Translations under genes and position numbers: made by a program
From: Octopus sinensis
Taxonomy: Eukaryota
Direction: 5' to 3'
NCBI RefSeq assembly: GCF_006345805.1
Contig: NW_021834421.1
Coordinates: 1 to 49,866 of the forward strand
Length of the DNA: 49,866 nucleotides
The notes under the pieces: model-generated
Told to the model about the DNA's origin: nothing
Databases searched by the model: none
Seen by the model: the letters and a program-made list of their open reading frames with translations, nothing else
In this document: positions 1 to 12,736 of the stretch, in pieces
Position numbering within the stretch: position 1 is the first letter of the stretch
Layout of the letters: the number at the start of each line of letters is the position of its first letter

Positions 1-158
1 ATAATAAGATACTTATAACTAGAATTCTGTTAACTGTAACATCGAAGGCGTGTCGCCCTCTTCTACTGTATTCTATCCACTATATTAAAAGACATTTGCT
101 CAAGATGCCAATCAAAGAGACTGAACCCGGAAGGATGTAATTGGGAATTTAGCTTCTT

Positions 159-806
159 TTATTCATTCAATTGGCCACAAGGGCCTTACAAAGAAAGGAA
201 GCTGCGGGCTGGACACGAACATAATGAGATGAAATGATTGGCGATATGATAATAATGAGGACAACAGCAACGCCAGCCGATTGCTGTTTACCCGAGCATA
301 TTGTTCTGTACAAATACCATATTGAGGCAACAAACCTCTTACATGATAAACCATTTACGACATAAAAAGCTATTGTGAGGCAATAAACCTCTTACAGAAG
401 TCCATTATAAATCAATGAAACAATTTTCCTATCCGACCAGACTACTCGCCTCAGCCAAACACCTGGACGATGCCAAGTCGGGCCAATTTAGCATAAATCT
501 GAAGGTATCCTCGGGGAAGGAGTCCATTATCCTGAACAGGTCGTTCTCCCTCATGACCTTCGCAGCCACCTGCGAAAGCCAGTCAGGGTCCTCCGTGGAG
601 GACAGAATCTCCTCTCTTCGGCCCTTCGTTTTAAGCTTCTTGACAAAGCCCTCCAATGTTTCTCCCTTATGGAAGAGGACCACAAATTCCTTCTCCGTAT
701 CATGGGGTGTACAGTTTCCATCTTTGGTGGCACAACTCCCACCAAAGATGCTTCGGAACACGACAATGTCCCATTTTTCTTTTTTTTTCTTTGAGATTTT
801 TCCTTT
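159..806 (-). mobile_element. 5'-truncated retroposed insert (LINE 3' end, non-autonomous retroelement or retrocopy) with 14-bp TSD
   Basis: GAATTTAGCTTCTT duplicated at 145-158 and 807-820; open frame from the 5' edge to a stop at 429; about 270-nt 3' UTR ending in AATAAA. Confidence 0.8.
429..806 (-). pseudogene. C-terminal 125-aa ORF fragment of unknown family (KGKISKKKKEKWDIVVFRSIFGGSC...LAEASSLVG*)
   Basis: Uninterrupted frame, non-repetitive, GC higher than flanks; no domain recognised. Confidence 0.55.
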
Positions 807-1122
807 GAATTTAGCTTCTTACCACACTACTACACCTGCTGTTGTGTATGTACATATGCTTTGAAAAGTGCTTCTGAATTTTACGTTTCTGATTACTTAG
901 ATCGTTAGACTAATCAGAAACGTGGAACTCAGTGTCACTATTCAAGAAGCTTGAACAACAAAACATGCGAAAATCTTCAGGAAATATAGATAAGAATGGC
1001 TGGTCATAAATAAATATGATGTAGACGTTTAGCATTTTATCTTTAAGAGATTCGCGCATGTTAACAAAATTAAAAAAATATAAATGAATACGCAAATGTA
1101 CTCACGACACGTATACACACGT

Positions 1123-1153
<31 letters not shown>

Positions 1154-1459
1154 AAGAGAGAGAGTGAGAGAGAGAAGGGGGGGTAGGGAATCGAACACTT
1201 ACACAAGTGCCCTGACACATTTTTAAATAGTTTCACAAATACGTGTAAGATAATACACAGAAAATAATGTATGATCTCATCCCCTATTTAATGATCACCA
1301 ATATTGGAAATCATTGTGTAGAGTTGGACACCTGGTGGTTGCGTTAATTACTAACACATTGACCGAGTTGTGAGTTGATGATTAACATGCAGTGAACCAC
1401 CGTGTGATCGCGTGATCCCGTTACAAATAGCAGCGTAGTCTCTTTCAAATTAGACGCTA

Positions 1460-2019
1460 TACGAGGCGGTACCCAAAAGAAACCGGAATTTTGCAATATT
1501 ATTTTATCCATTTAGTTATACATGCTTGTACTTTTATCACTTTCAAAGTACTCTCCATCTGAAGCAATGCATCGGTCCAGACGCGTTTTCCTCTCTTGGA
1601 ACCAGTACTGGAACTCTTGCGAAGTGATACCTTTAACGCCTCTATCGTTTTTTTCTTTATCTCTTCCACATCTGCAAAACGTTTTCTTTTAAGGGCGTTT
1701 TTCATTCGGGGGAACTAAAAAATATTCGCAGGGCGAATAGGGAGGGTGGGTAAGCAAAATTATTCCATTTTTGGTTAAAAGCTGTATCACACTTCCTGAG
1801 CAATTCTTCGTTCAAATCATGCCATTTTTGTTCAAAAGCTGCATCACACTTCCTGAGCAATTCTTCGTTCAAATTTCGCTAGCAGCAGCTCAGTAACACA
1901 CCAGTTATATCAACAAATTCGTCAATTTTTCGGTGACGGTCCTCCAAGATCAGTTCATGAATTTTCATGATGTTTTCATTTATTTGGGAGGTCAACAGAC
2001 GCCCTGATCGAGTCGCATC
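1460..2019 (-). mobile_element. Internally deleted mariner relic
   Basis: TA+TACGAGGCGGTACCCAAAAGAAACCGGAATT terminus; C-terminal KRKRFADVEEIKKKT..EYFE-like segment; N-terminal SGRLLTSQINENIMKIHELILEDRHRKIDE segment. Confidence 0.8.
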
Positions 2020-2202
2020 AAAAATGTTAAGATAAACTTACTTGGAAATGGATGCGTGGCGTCCAATCAAATAATAACACAAATAATATATATATATATA
2101 GAGAGAGAGAGAGAAAGAGAGACAGATAGAGAAAGAGAGATGCTTATATGGACACAGGATTATCTATCTATCTATCTATCTAGATATATATATGCATATA
2201 TG

Positions 2203-2550
2203 CGTGACAACTTGGGCAAGTGTCTTCTACTATAGCCACGGGCCGACCAAAGCCTTGTGAGTGGATTTGGTAGACGGAAACTGAAAGATGCCTGTCGTAT
2301 ATATATATATAAATAGATATATATATATATGTGCGTGTGTGTATGATTTTGTGTCTGTGTTTGTTCCCCCACCATCGCTTGACAACCGATGTAGGTGCGT
2401 TTACGTCCCCGTCACTTAGTGGTTCGGCAAAAGATCCCGATAGAATAAGTACTAGGCTTACAAAGAACAAGTCCTGGATTTGATTTGCTCGACTAAAGTC
2501 GGTGCTCCAGCATGGCCACAGTCAAATGACTGAAACAAATACAAATAAAA
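2203..2550 (+). mobile_element. SINE family A, 5'-truncated, internal (TA)n/(TG)n
   Basis: TTGGGCAAGTGTCTTCTACTATAGCC..CTTGTGAGTGGATTTGGTAGACGGAAACTG body and GGCCACAGTCAAATGACTGAAAC tail shared with other copies. Confidence 0.9.
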
Positions 2551-2629
2551 ATGAATAAACGAATACATATATGTATATATATACCTATACATATATATGT
2601 ATAATATATATACATATGCATATATATGC

Positions 2630-2701
<72 letters not shown>

Positions 2702-2734
2702 AAACAAAAGTTTAGGTTCAGATGAATATGGTAC

Positions 2735-2990
2735 TTAAGTTGAGGCACCAGCATACGGCTCATGATCGTATGGTCGTGAATTCGATTCCTGGTGGTGCGT
2801 TTTGTCACACTTAATTACACATTACACCTGACCACACAGCTAGCAAAAATGAGTAGCACCTATATTTCAAAGGGTACGCATGTCTGTGGAGCGCTCAGCC
2901 ACTTGCACATTAATTTCACGAGCAAGTTGTTCCGTTGATCGGATCAACTGCAACCCCCCTCGTCGTCGTAACCGACGGAGTGCCAGAAAT
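2735..2990 (+). mobile_element. tRNA-derived SINE family C
   Basis: Degenerate B-box GAATTCGATTCC; 3' body GTGGAGCGCTCAGCCACTTGCACATTAATTTCACGAG shared with the inverted copy at 5145-5425. Confidence 0.75.
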
Positions 2991-3678
2991 CGGATCGACT
3001 CATTTGACTGACTGAATATTCTTCAAGATGGCGCCCCACCATGGCTGCAATCGAACGGTTGAAACAAAAAAAAAAAAAAGATTCTAACACAACCCGCCTT
3101 CTCCCTTGGAGCCAGCTATACCTTCCTATAACCATCTAACATGCACTTTTACACTTTTACATGCACTTTTAAAATTACAAGACACACCCATTCCTGTGTC
3201 TAACTTCTGTGTTGGATAAACCTTCTTCACCACCAACCCCTCTAAACTTCGCTTACACACACACACACACACACACACACGTGCACACACAGAAAGACAC
3301 GTAAACAGGTCAAGTTTACGCACGCAATCTCACAATATACATACATATACATACGCGTACACACGCGCAAAAAGGTCATTCCTTTTCTCATAATCTCACA
3401 ATGTACACACATATAAACTAAGCTATAATTGCACATGCACTCGCATCATAACACACATATACAATCCACACACACATACTCATAAACAAGCACACGCATA
3501 TTCATATCATACACTCAGATACACACACATATTTGTACGCATTCATTCAAATTCTTTGTCCTTTCTTGTCACTTCAATTTCTCCAACTCCTTCGCATTCC
3601 GTGATACTCCCGAGCTTATAAGCTATTGCTGTATAAGTAATAATTTCCCTCTCTCTTCATCTCTGCTATTCATATATA

Positions 3679-4892
3679 TATTGGGTCATCCTATAAATAA
3701 TGCGGTTTTTTTTATACTTCTTTTATTTTTCAAAATTAAGATAAAGTTCTTTTTTAATCTAAAATATATTATCTTTCATTCCCTACAATACTCTTCCATC
3801 TATCTGTAGATTTCCAAGGCCCCTCTTCCAAAATTCACTTGTCCGTGACAAAAAATACTCCTCCAGTACTGTTCTGACCTCGTCTATAAAATTCATATTT
3901 TTTCCGTCCAAATGATTTTAAAGACAGAATAAATGATAATCAGATGGAGCAATGTCTGGCGAATATGGTAGGTGAGGCATCCTTTCTCATTCAAACTGCT
4001 CCAGCCTTTGAAATGTCATCCTCTCTATATGTGGCCGAGCATTATCCTGATGAAAGATCATCTTTCGTCTTGAAACCACTGAAGCTGTTCGCAGTAGATC
4101 TCCTTTGATATCGTTTGGTTTGGGTTCAAAAGTTCATAGTGGACTGAACCTTACATATCCCTCCAGATAACAATACCTTACGTGGGTGAAGACATTCTTT
4201 AGCTTGAGGTACCGGTGTTTCTCCTTTCCCTACCTACTGTCTTCGGCACTTGAGAATTCTATAAAGAACTCATTTGTCGTCACCAGTCGACAAAAAGGTT
4301 CATTCGTGAGACGTGACAGCAGAGAAGATTACACATTCACTCTCTGTGCGCGATTATACTCGGAAAGTTCGTGAGGAACCCATTGACGCAATTTGCTGAA
4401 TTTTTCGATGGTGCACAGGTATCGATGATTGGTTGAATGACCAAATACAAGCTTCTCTGCTGGTTCCTCAACATTTACGATGGGATTTTTTTCCACCTAG
4501 GTTTGTAGGACGTCCTCGTTGAGATCCACAAATCTAGGCTGCAGTTTCCAGCTCGGAATTTCTGGAACCACCATTGACACTGGCTTACGCTTATTGTTCG
4601 ATCCCCATATACTACATTAATATTCATCGCACTTTCCGTAGCTTTGTTGCCTTTATTGAACTCAAAAAGCAAAACATGCTGAATATACTCGTTTGTTACT
4701 TCCATTATAGCTTTGAAAAAAATAACTGTTAAAATCGAATTGCACTCTTCAAAACTTGCACTAAGAATAAGTACAAGGTAGAGTTACTACCTGTTTTCAC
4801 AGCAAGTTGATGCAGATAGTTTATCCTGTCCCCCTCCGACTTTTAGTGGATGCAATTGAAAAAATACACATTATTTATGGGATGACCCAATA
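3679..4892 (-). mobile_element. Full-length decayed mariner (about 1.2 kb, D,D34D type)
   Basis: TIRs TATTGGGTCATCC(T/C)ATAAATAATG at both ends with TA TSDs; HTH start MEVTNEYIQHVLLFEFNKG; WVPHE (about 4370-4385) and PYSPDIAPSDY (about 3936-3970); many stops and frameshifts. Confidence 0.95.
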
Positions 4893-4969
4893 TATTCATA
4901 TATTAAACACTCTCACACTCCCCTATGCTTATATACTTACATATACATACCTACATTGATACATAGATA

Positions 4970-5000
<31 letters not shown>

Positions 5001-5144
5001 CATACATACATACCAGAAATACTCTGATGATGTTGAAATTCCAATGAAGGAGACTTGGATCTCGGTTAAAAACCAGCTCTTTCTATGTTTGCAAGAAACC
5101 TTGAAATAACACAATTATCCGTCGCCTACAACTTCGAGGGTTCT

Positions 5145-5425
5145 AGTTGATCCGATGAACGGAACAGCCTGCTCGTGAAATTAACGTGCAAGAGGCTGAG
5201 TACTCCACAGACACGTGTACCCTTAATGTAGTTCTCAGGGAGATTAAGCGTGGTACAGTGTGTGCCAAAGCTGGATCTTTGAAATAAAAGTGCTATTCGT
5301 TTTTGCCAGCTGAGTTACTACAGCAACGTGAAACAGTATCTTGCTGAAAGATACAACGCTTTGCCGGGAATCGAACTCACGACCTTACGATTGCGAGCCG
5401 AATACCCTAACCACTAAGCTGCACA
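5145..5425 (-). mobile_element. tRNA-derived SINE family C
   Basis: Minus-strand A box CAGCTTAGTGGTTAG and B box GAGTTCGATTCC, followed by the body shared with 2735-2990. Confidence 0.85.
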
Positions 5426-5563
5426 TACATACATATACACACGCATCTAATCTCTTTTTATCTTCTTATCCACAACCACATCTGTCTGCCTCCAAACTCT
5501 TACACATATGCTAAAATACTCGCCTGTTATAATCCGGGTATCATTGTTACATAAATCAACAAC

Positions 5564-5582
5564 TAGCTCCCTCTGGTGGGCA
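5564..5582 (-). promoter_or_regulatory. CTCF-motif-like sequence
   Basis: TGCCCACCAGAGGGAGCTA matches 16/19 of the canonical TGGCCACCAGGGGGCGCTA; one mismatch is at a normally conserved C. Confidence 0.25.
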
Positions 5583-5819
5583 ATTTTAAACTGCACATCA
5601 ATACTTGTACACATACATACACACATACGCATATATAAAGACGCATACGCATATGCAAAGACACACATACACACATGCACACACATACATACTCATACGC
5701 AGACCAATCTTTCACTCAGCTATCTCTATCAAATTTCTTGATACTCTCTGTACAAGCCCATGACCTCTCTGTATCAGCAGTCAAATATCGTAATATGTCT
5801 CAATAGCCGGCTGCCATCT

Positions 5820-5890
5820 TACATACACGCATACGGACGCACGCACGCACACACACACACGCACACACACACACACACCACACACACACA

Positions 5891-5929
<39 letters not shown>

Positions 5930-6650
5930 ACACACATATATATATACGAATATATATGCATATCTGTGTATAGGTGCATATATGAATGCATATGAGAGTA
6001 TATATTCATATATGTGCATATATATATATATATATATATGCATGTACATATAGTGTAGAATGCATTTATTTTCATAACATACACACATGCAAACATATAA
6101 ATGTATATGTGTATATATATATATATAAAAATATATGCGTGCATGTGCGTGTTTGTGTATGTGCATATATGAGTTTGTGCACGTGTTTATATATACAAGC
6201 ATGTGTACATGCATATATGCATATATATATATATATGCATACATGCATACATATATATGTATATATATAAATATACACGCATACTCATTCACACATACTT
6301 ACATACCAATACATACCAAGATACATACATACATGCATGCATACGTACATACATACATACATACATATATACATACATACATACATACATACACACATAG
6401 ATACATACATACATACATACATACATTCATACATACATACATACATACATACATGCATACATGCATACATACATACATACATACATACATACATACATAC
6501 ATACATACATACACACATAGATACATACATACATACATATATACATACATACATACATACATACATACATGCATGCATACATACATTCATACATACATAC
6601 ATACATACATACATACATACATACATACATACATACATACACACATACAC
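5820..6650. repeat. Compound (CA)n/(TA)n/(TACA)n microsatellite
   Basis: Direct reading; ACACACATAG variant recurs at 6391 and 6511 (120-bp internal duplication). Confidence 0.95.
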
Positions 6651-7083
6651 ACAAACTGATCCGCCATCTTTCACAAATCAAATATTCAGTTCACAAAAGC
6701 AAGACTTTAACCTTATAAATAATCAAATCAAATTCACCACATTTCCTCTTCTATTTTATACCTGGCTCCCTTCTCCCAAGCTCCTCACCTCTCCCCCTTT
6801 CCTACCTCCCTTCCGCTATTCCCCCTTTCTCCCTATCTCTCTATGCATGTGCATATGCATCTATAAATGTGTAAACCTCTATGTCGTTGTATGTGTGTGT
6901 GTGTGTATGTGAGTGTATGTGTTTGTGTGCGTGTGTATGTGTGTGTATTTCTCTCTGACCTTCATTTACGTATCTATTTAAATCATATATATGTTTCTTC
7001 ATATATTTATTTGATATGTCTCTATGTATGTCTGTTTTTCTTACATTCATTTCTCATACATATATACATGCATACATTACATC

Positions 7084-7114
<31 letters not shown>

Positions 7115-8384
7115 ATGTGATTTTTGAAATGCAAATATCACTCACAACATATACATGTCCTGGCCATTCCACAGTCACTTTCTACGAATTATTTGTTTGT
7201 TTCCTTCTTTCATACAATTCATTCACTCATTCATTATTTTTCCTTTCTTTCTTTCTTTCTTTCTTTCCGTTGCTTTGTTTTTACCAGTCGTTCCTTCTGT
7301 CACTTTTGATTTCGTTCATTCTTTCTTATTCTTTTTTTCCCCGTTTTCTTTCTTCCTCTTTCTTTATATCTTTCTTCACAGTGTCTTGCTTTTTTTCATT
7401 ATTTCTGTTCTTTTTTGCTTGCAATTAGTCTCTCTTTTTCTTTCTTTCTATCTTTTTTATTTTAGCTTTTCATTCTTTAGTATCTTTCCTTATTTTTATC
7501 ATTTCAGTATTATATATCAGTATTATATATCTAGGACCACATCATTCACACATTTCCTTAGAACCATAAAAACAACACCACCTACACACACACATACCCA
7601 CTCTTCCTCACTATCTGAGAAGTGACTAAAACCCAAAACGTAAAATCCCCACTTACAGCAACTGAATTCATCCAACCCTCATATTACTTATGTGATACTT
7701 ATAAATATAAGCCATCTTTAGTTATCTGGCATTCTTATTTCCATTTTGCTTTTACACTCATTCAACGAATCATTGCTGCGATTTAACGTCCGTTTTTAAT
7801 ATGCGTACGGGTAATATCAAGCCAGGTTAAGAACTATTGAAAGAAATTTAATGAAAATGCGTCAGAAAATTAATAAAGAACAAATTCAGTCACATTATAT
7901 TGATATAATCGGAATATCTAATATGAAATATCTGTTTGGTGAATACTGTAATTTCATCAGTACTCAACAGGACATCCCTGCGTTTTAGCATTAAATTACC
8001 GTAGATTCAGTTCGCTAATAGTTCAGCTCTTAATACTCAAAATCATCTCAGGTGTTTATCGAACCCATGGATAGGCACATAAACCTTCAGAAGTTAACAT
8101 TAACCACTTTGTTAATTCCTGCTATAAGCGAATATTTGATGCATCACTGCCTTAATTATTGATTCGGCCCTTAGCACATATGTACGATCAATCTCGTACA
8201 CGTATGCTTTAAGCTTTGCATTACATATCATTATAAGTGTAGTGGACGCCTTTATATTATGTACGGAAATACAAATTTTGACAATGGCATTTAATTTATG
8301 CTTTAATTTATTGCTTATAATTTACCTTTATAATTTACATTTATAGGAAGTATATATTCGATTCTGGTTATTTACTTATATTCT

Positions 8385-8645
8385 CCTATTCCTTTACTTG
8401 TTTCAATCATCAGGCAACGGCCATGCTGGGGCAACACCATGAAGAATTTTAGTCGAACGAATCAACACCAGTACATATTTTTTTAAAAACCTGGTACTTA
8501 TTCTATCGGCGTATTTTGCTGAACCGCTGAGTTACATACTAACATCGGTTGTCAAGCGGTGGTGGGGGATAAAGACAAACACAAAGAATCACAAACATAC
8601 ATTCATATATATATTTTTATGTATATATATATATATATTTTTATG

Positions 8646-8681
<36 letters not shown>

Positions 8682-8990
8682 TGTATGTATGTATGTATGT
8701 ATGTATGTATGTATGCATGCATGTATGTATGTATGTATGTATATATGCATGTGTGTATGAGTATCCCCACCAATGCAGTATTGAACACTCATTTTCATCG
8801 TTCGACAAGTACGTATATATACATTATACGACGGGCTTCATTCAGTTTTTGCCCTCCAAATTCACTCAGAAGGCTCTGGTCGGCCGGAGGCTATAGAAGA
8901 CATTCGGCCCAATATGCCATACAGTGGAACAACATCCGGAATCATGTGGTTGGGATGCGAGTTTTTTTTACCGCACACCCACGGTTGATA
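8385..8990 (-). mobile_element. SINE family A with about 240-bp expanded internal (TATG)n
   Basis: Tail half 8385-8590 and head half 8820-8990 colinear with family A. Confidence 0.8.
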
Positions 8991-9369
8991 GCAGCTGAAA
9001 ATGTTTTAAAGTTAATAGTTAAACCGGGGACAGAAACTTAAAACAATTGTTCAGATGCATCTGTCACCTTTATCTTCAGTGTCCATATAAAATGTCCATG
9101 CCACTACTCCTGGATATTGTACTACTCACTTTGAGAAGCACCTCCTTAGATGGAAGCAAAGAATAAAGTCTTGTTCTCAGAAACTGGAGACTGTACCATA
9201 GCTATTACATTATTTTTATAGACCCTGGCGGAATGCAAGGCAAAGTAGACCTTAGCGGGATTTGAACTCAGTATTTAAAGAGCCTGAACAAAAACCGCAA
9301 GATATTCTATCTGCTATTCTATGGTTATTTTTTTTTCTGTCCAGTTAATCGCTCTTAATAATAAAATTT

Positions 9370-9520
9370 GGCACAATGCCAGCAAATTCGGAGGAGCGGG
9401 AAAGTCGATTACATCGACCCCCTGCCCTCAACTGGTACTTATTTTATTGGTCCTGAAAGGATGAAAAGCAAAGTCGACCCTCGGCAGCACTTGTCGAAAT
9501 ACGTGCTAACGGTTCTGCTA
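9370..9520 (-). mobile_element. SINE family B (GGCGGCGAGCTGGCAGAA head; CCTTTCATCCTTTCGGGGTCGATAA central domain)
   Basis: Reverse-complement match to full copies at 23926 and 48419; the central domain resembles the Meta/MESC SINE domain from memory. Confidence 0.75.
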
Positions 9521-9526
9521 GCTCAG

Positions 9527-9626
9527 AATAATAATAATATTAATAACAACAACAACAACAGCAGCAACAATAACAACAACAACAACAACAACAACAACAA
9601 CTATAATAATAATAATAATAATAATA

Positions 9627-9657
<31 letters not shown>
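9527..9657. repeat. (AAC)n/(AAT)n microsatellite, continuing as (AAT)n at 9948-10005
   Basis: Direct reading. Confidence 0.95.
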
Positions 9658-9658
<1 letters not shown>

Positions 9659-9946
9659 TCAGATACCAGGAAACCCCAAAATGGCAGAAATTCAAAAGAT
9701 AGTGCTCATGGGAACTGCTCATATCCTACGCAAAATACTCTCTATGTAATCCCAAGGTTTAAAACAAACTTTTTAAATTTTTAAAAATTTTTAGTTTATT
9801 TATTAGACATTCACTAGTACAACCCCCCACCAATGTATGGCACACTAGGCATAACAACAACGTGAACTTCCAACCTGTTGTCTCTTGAGGTCTCTGGGTG
9901 AGACTTAGAGCCAACTTGTACAAACATAAAGCAAAAGTCAAACATA

Positions 9947-9947
<1 letters not shown>
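9658..9947 (+). mobile_element. 3' end of R4/Dong-like RLE non-LTR retrotransposon
   Basis: 9660-9749 encodes QIPGNPKMAEIQKIVLMGTAHILRKILSM*, like the R4/Dong ORF C-terminus (QK.VLLGTA.ILR.VL); 3' UTR ends in (AAT)n; flanked both sides by AAT repeats. Confidence 0.8.
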
Positions 9948-9984
<37 letters not shown>

Positions 9985-10059
9985 TAATAATAATAATAAT
10001 AATAATGTTTTTCTACTATAGCCACAAAACATGAAATTTGTGAGGAGATGCTAGCTGCT

Positions 10060-10450
10060 AGCCAAATATAGCGACACTAGTATTTGACTGGTACTTTATT
10101 TCATCTATTCTGAAAGGGCGAAAGGTAACGCTGACCACACCAACATTTGAATTCAGAACGTCAACAGTCGGAAGAAATGCTATTGACAATTCTATCAGCT
10201 TGCTGCCTGTATTTCAAATTTTGGCACAAGACCAACGATTTTAGGGAAGCTCAACTGTTTACCTAATATTGTTGAGTACAGGGCTGGACTCAATCTCGAT
10301 CTCAACTGGTATTTATTCTATCAACCCCGAAAGAATGAAAGGTAATGTCAACCTTGGTGGAATTTGAACTCAAAACGTAAAGAACCGAAAAAGAAAACAT
10401 GCCGCTGAGCATTTTGACCGACGCGCTAACGATTCTGCTAGCATGCCACC
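10060..10450 (-). mobile_element. Two degenerate SINE family B copies
   Basis: Two occurrences of CTGGTA-TTTATT..GAAAG..GAATTTGAA(C/T)TCA-AACGT. Confidence 0.65.
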
Positions 10451-10974
10451 GCCAAAAACAACAGCAACAACAACAACCATAACAATAATAATTGATTATA
10501 ATCATTATCATCATGATAGTAGGACGTCATAGCAGATGACATGTCATAAAATAGACATGAAGCATGTTATACAGCCCGGAACCAAAATAAAAATAAAAAA
10601 ATGTATGTGTATAGATATTGCTAGATAAAGACATTGTAAATAAGCGAAAGGAAAGATTAAAAAAATTGATTACATAGCGTATAAAAAATAAATAAGAAAG
10701 GAAGAATTGATAGCGAAATGCAAACACTAATGAAATGAAATTTAAACACATACATAAACAAATGCCAGTAAATAAATTATGTAAATGTCTTTGAGAAGCT
10801 GTAGAAGAATTATATTGGAACAACAGGAGAAGAAGAAAAAAAATCAATAATTTGGGGACACTTTTCTTTCTTTCTTTCTTTCTTTCTTTCTGCGAGTACA
10901 GCCAAGCTCTGTCATACAAGTAAAATGTCGCCCCTTTACTCATTTCTGAAAACTAAATTTGTTATTCCTCCTAC

Positions 10975-11165
10975 CCACCAACCACAACCACCCCGCCGCC
11001 TTTCACACACATCACTTCACCAGTACCAGTACCAGCACCACCACCACCACCAGTACCAGCACCAGCACCACCACCACCACCAGCACCAGCACTGTCACCG
11101 CCGCCGCCGCCGCCACCTCCACCACCACCACTGTCACCGCCGCCGCCGCCGCCACCACCACCACC
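10975..11165. repeat. (CAC)/(CAG)/(CCG) compound trinucleotide repeat with a 39-bp duplicated block
   Basis: CACTGTCACCGCCGCCGCCGCCGCCACC at 11090 and 11129. Confidence 0.9.
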
Positions 11166-11567
11166 ATTGCTTTCAGTCTCTCAGTCGCTTACCAAATGCA
11201 AAAAAGAGAGATAAAAAAAAAATGTCGTTCATTCAAAGAACTAAAGAGATTTTTATCGATCAGCGAGACAGGATTGAAACCATAGCGTTGTGGATGACAA
11301 ATTCCAAACCCAATCCGGAAGGAAGAATAAAAAAAAAACAACAAAAACATATATAAAACAAATTTTCAATTTCCTTCCTTTGTTTCTTTCTATTTTCTTT
11401 CTTTGCCTTCTTTTTCCTTTTTCATTCATTTATTGACATATATTCCTTCCTTTCTTTCCATTCTTAGTTTTTTCTTTCTCTCGTTCTTTTACTATTTTAC
11501 TCGTTTCATTCACCCTTTATTCATTTGTTTCTGATACTTATTCCTAATTTCTGTTCTTTCTTATTTA

Positions 11568-11599
<32 letters not shown>

Positions 11600-12169
11600 T
11601 TTCTTTCTTTCTTATTGTTTTTCATTCACTTATTCATTCTTTTTACCTCATATTCTTTATTTCTAAGTCCTTTAATTTATTGTTACATTTTCCTTGTTCG
11701 TATTCCTTCGTCCTTTCTTACTTTATACTTTCTTTCTCTCATTAATCTTTTACTTCTTCCTTCCTAACTGCTTCCTTCGTTCTCTCTTTAAATCGTTCGT
11801 CCTTTTTTTCTTTTCCATTCTTTTCCTTTTCCTTTTCTCCCTTTATTCCTTCACATATTGGTAATCTTTCCACATTTCTTTTCATTCGTTCTCACTTTAG
11901 CTTTCTTTTTGGCTTTCATTTATCCATTTCTTTCTTTCTTTTTTCTTCCTTTCTTTCTTCTTTTCTTTCTTTCTTTGTGTAAGTCTGTCCGACCGCCTTT
12001 TTTTAGTCTGCTTGGACCGTCGGTCTGACTGTCTGTCGGTCTGACTGCTTAAAAAAGAAAATGTTAATGTCCGGTACAGATCTAAGTTAATCCTTCCTAG
12101 AGTTTTAAACCAATATTATGATTAGACAAAGATTTAAATTAATCCTTAGTTTATGTTTTTTTTTAAGGG

Positions 12170-12720
12170 ACACACTTACCACCGTCATTACAACTACCAC
12201 CAACCCAACCCAACCCAACCATGACAAACATTACCAACTTGGCCATCATCACCACTGCCATAACCAATATTACGACCATCACCACCACCACAACCACCAC
12301 CACCACCACCACCACCACAATCACCACCACTACCACCACCACCACCACCACCACCACCACCACCACCACCACCACCATCACCAAAACCACAATCACCACA
12401 ACTACAACTTTACGATTACCACGACTACCACCATCACCACTATCACCACCATTATCACTATCACCACCACACATACCACTACCCTATGACCACCATCACC
12501 ACCACCACCACCATATTCACCATCAGTATCATCATTAGTACAATCGTCATCATCGCAGCAACGAAGACTCCATGGCTACCGTCATCATTAACACAATCAC
12601 CACTATCTCCGCAGTCAAAATCTATCCGCCCATCCCCCCAACGAACACCAAGCTTACCATGATCACCACCACCACCACCACAACAATAACAACAACAACA
12701 ACAACATAAAAAAACAACAA
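12170..12720. repeat. Cryptic (CAC)/(CAT)/(CAA) trinucleotide tract
   Basis: Direct reading. Confidence 0.9.
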
Positions 12721-12736
12721 TAGCAGCACACACACA

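Larger units (their letters stand above)
60..840 (-). mobile_element. Degenerate tRNA-derived SINE (family A), split by an insertion at 159-806
   Basis: Minus strand reads GCAGGTGTAGTAGTGTGGTAAGAAGCT (840-813), then after the insert resumes CCAATTACATCCTTCCGGGTTCAGTC..GGCATCTTGAGCAAATGTCTT, matching family A heads at 16399 and 27886. Confidence 0.65.

Noticed and set aside
4020-4080. CTGATGA inside the first mariner
   Set aside because: It is the antisense of the transposase HQDN region, and no hammerhead fold forms
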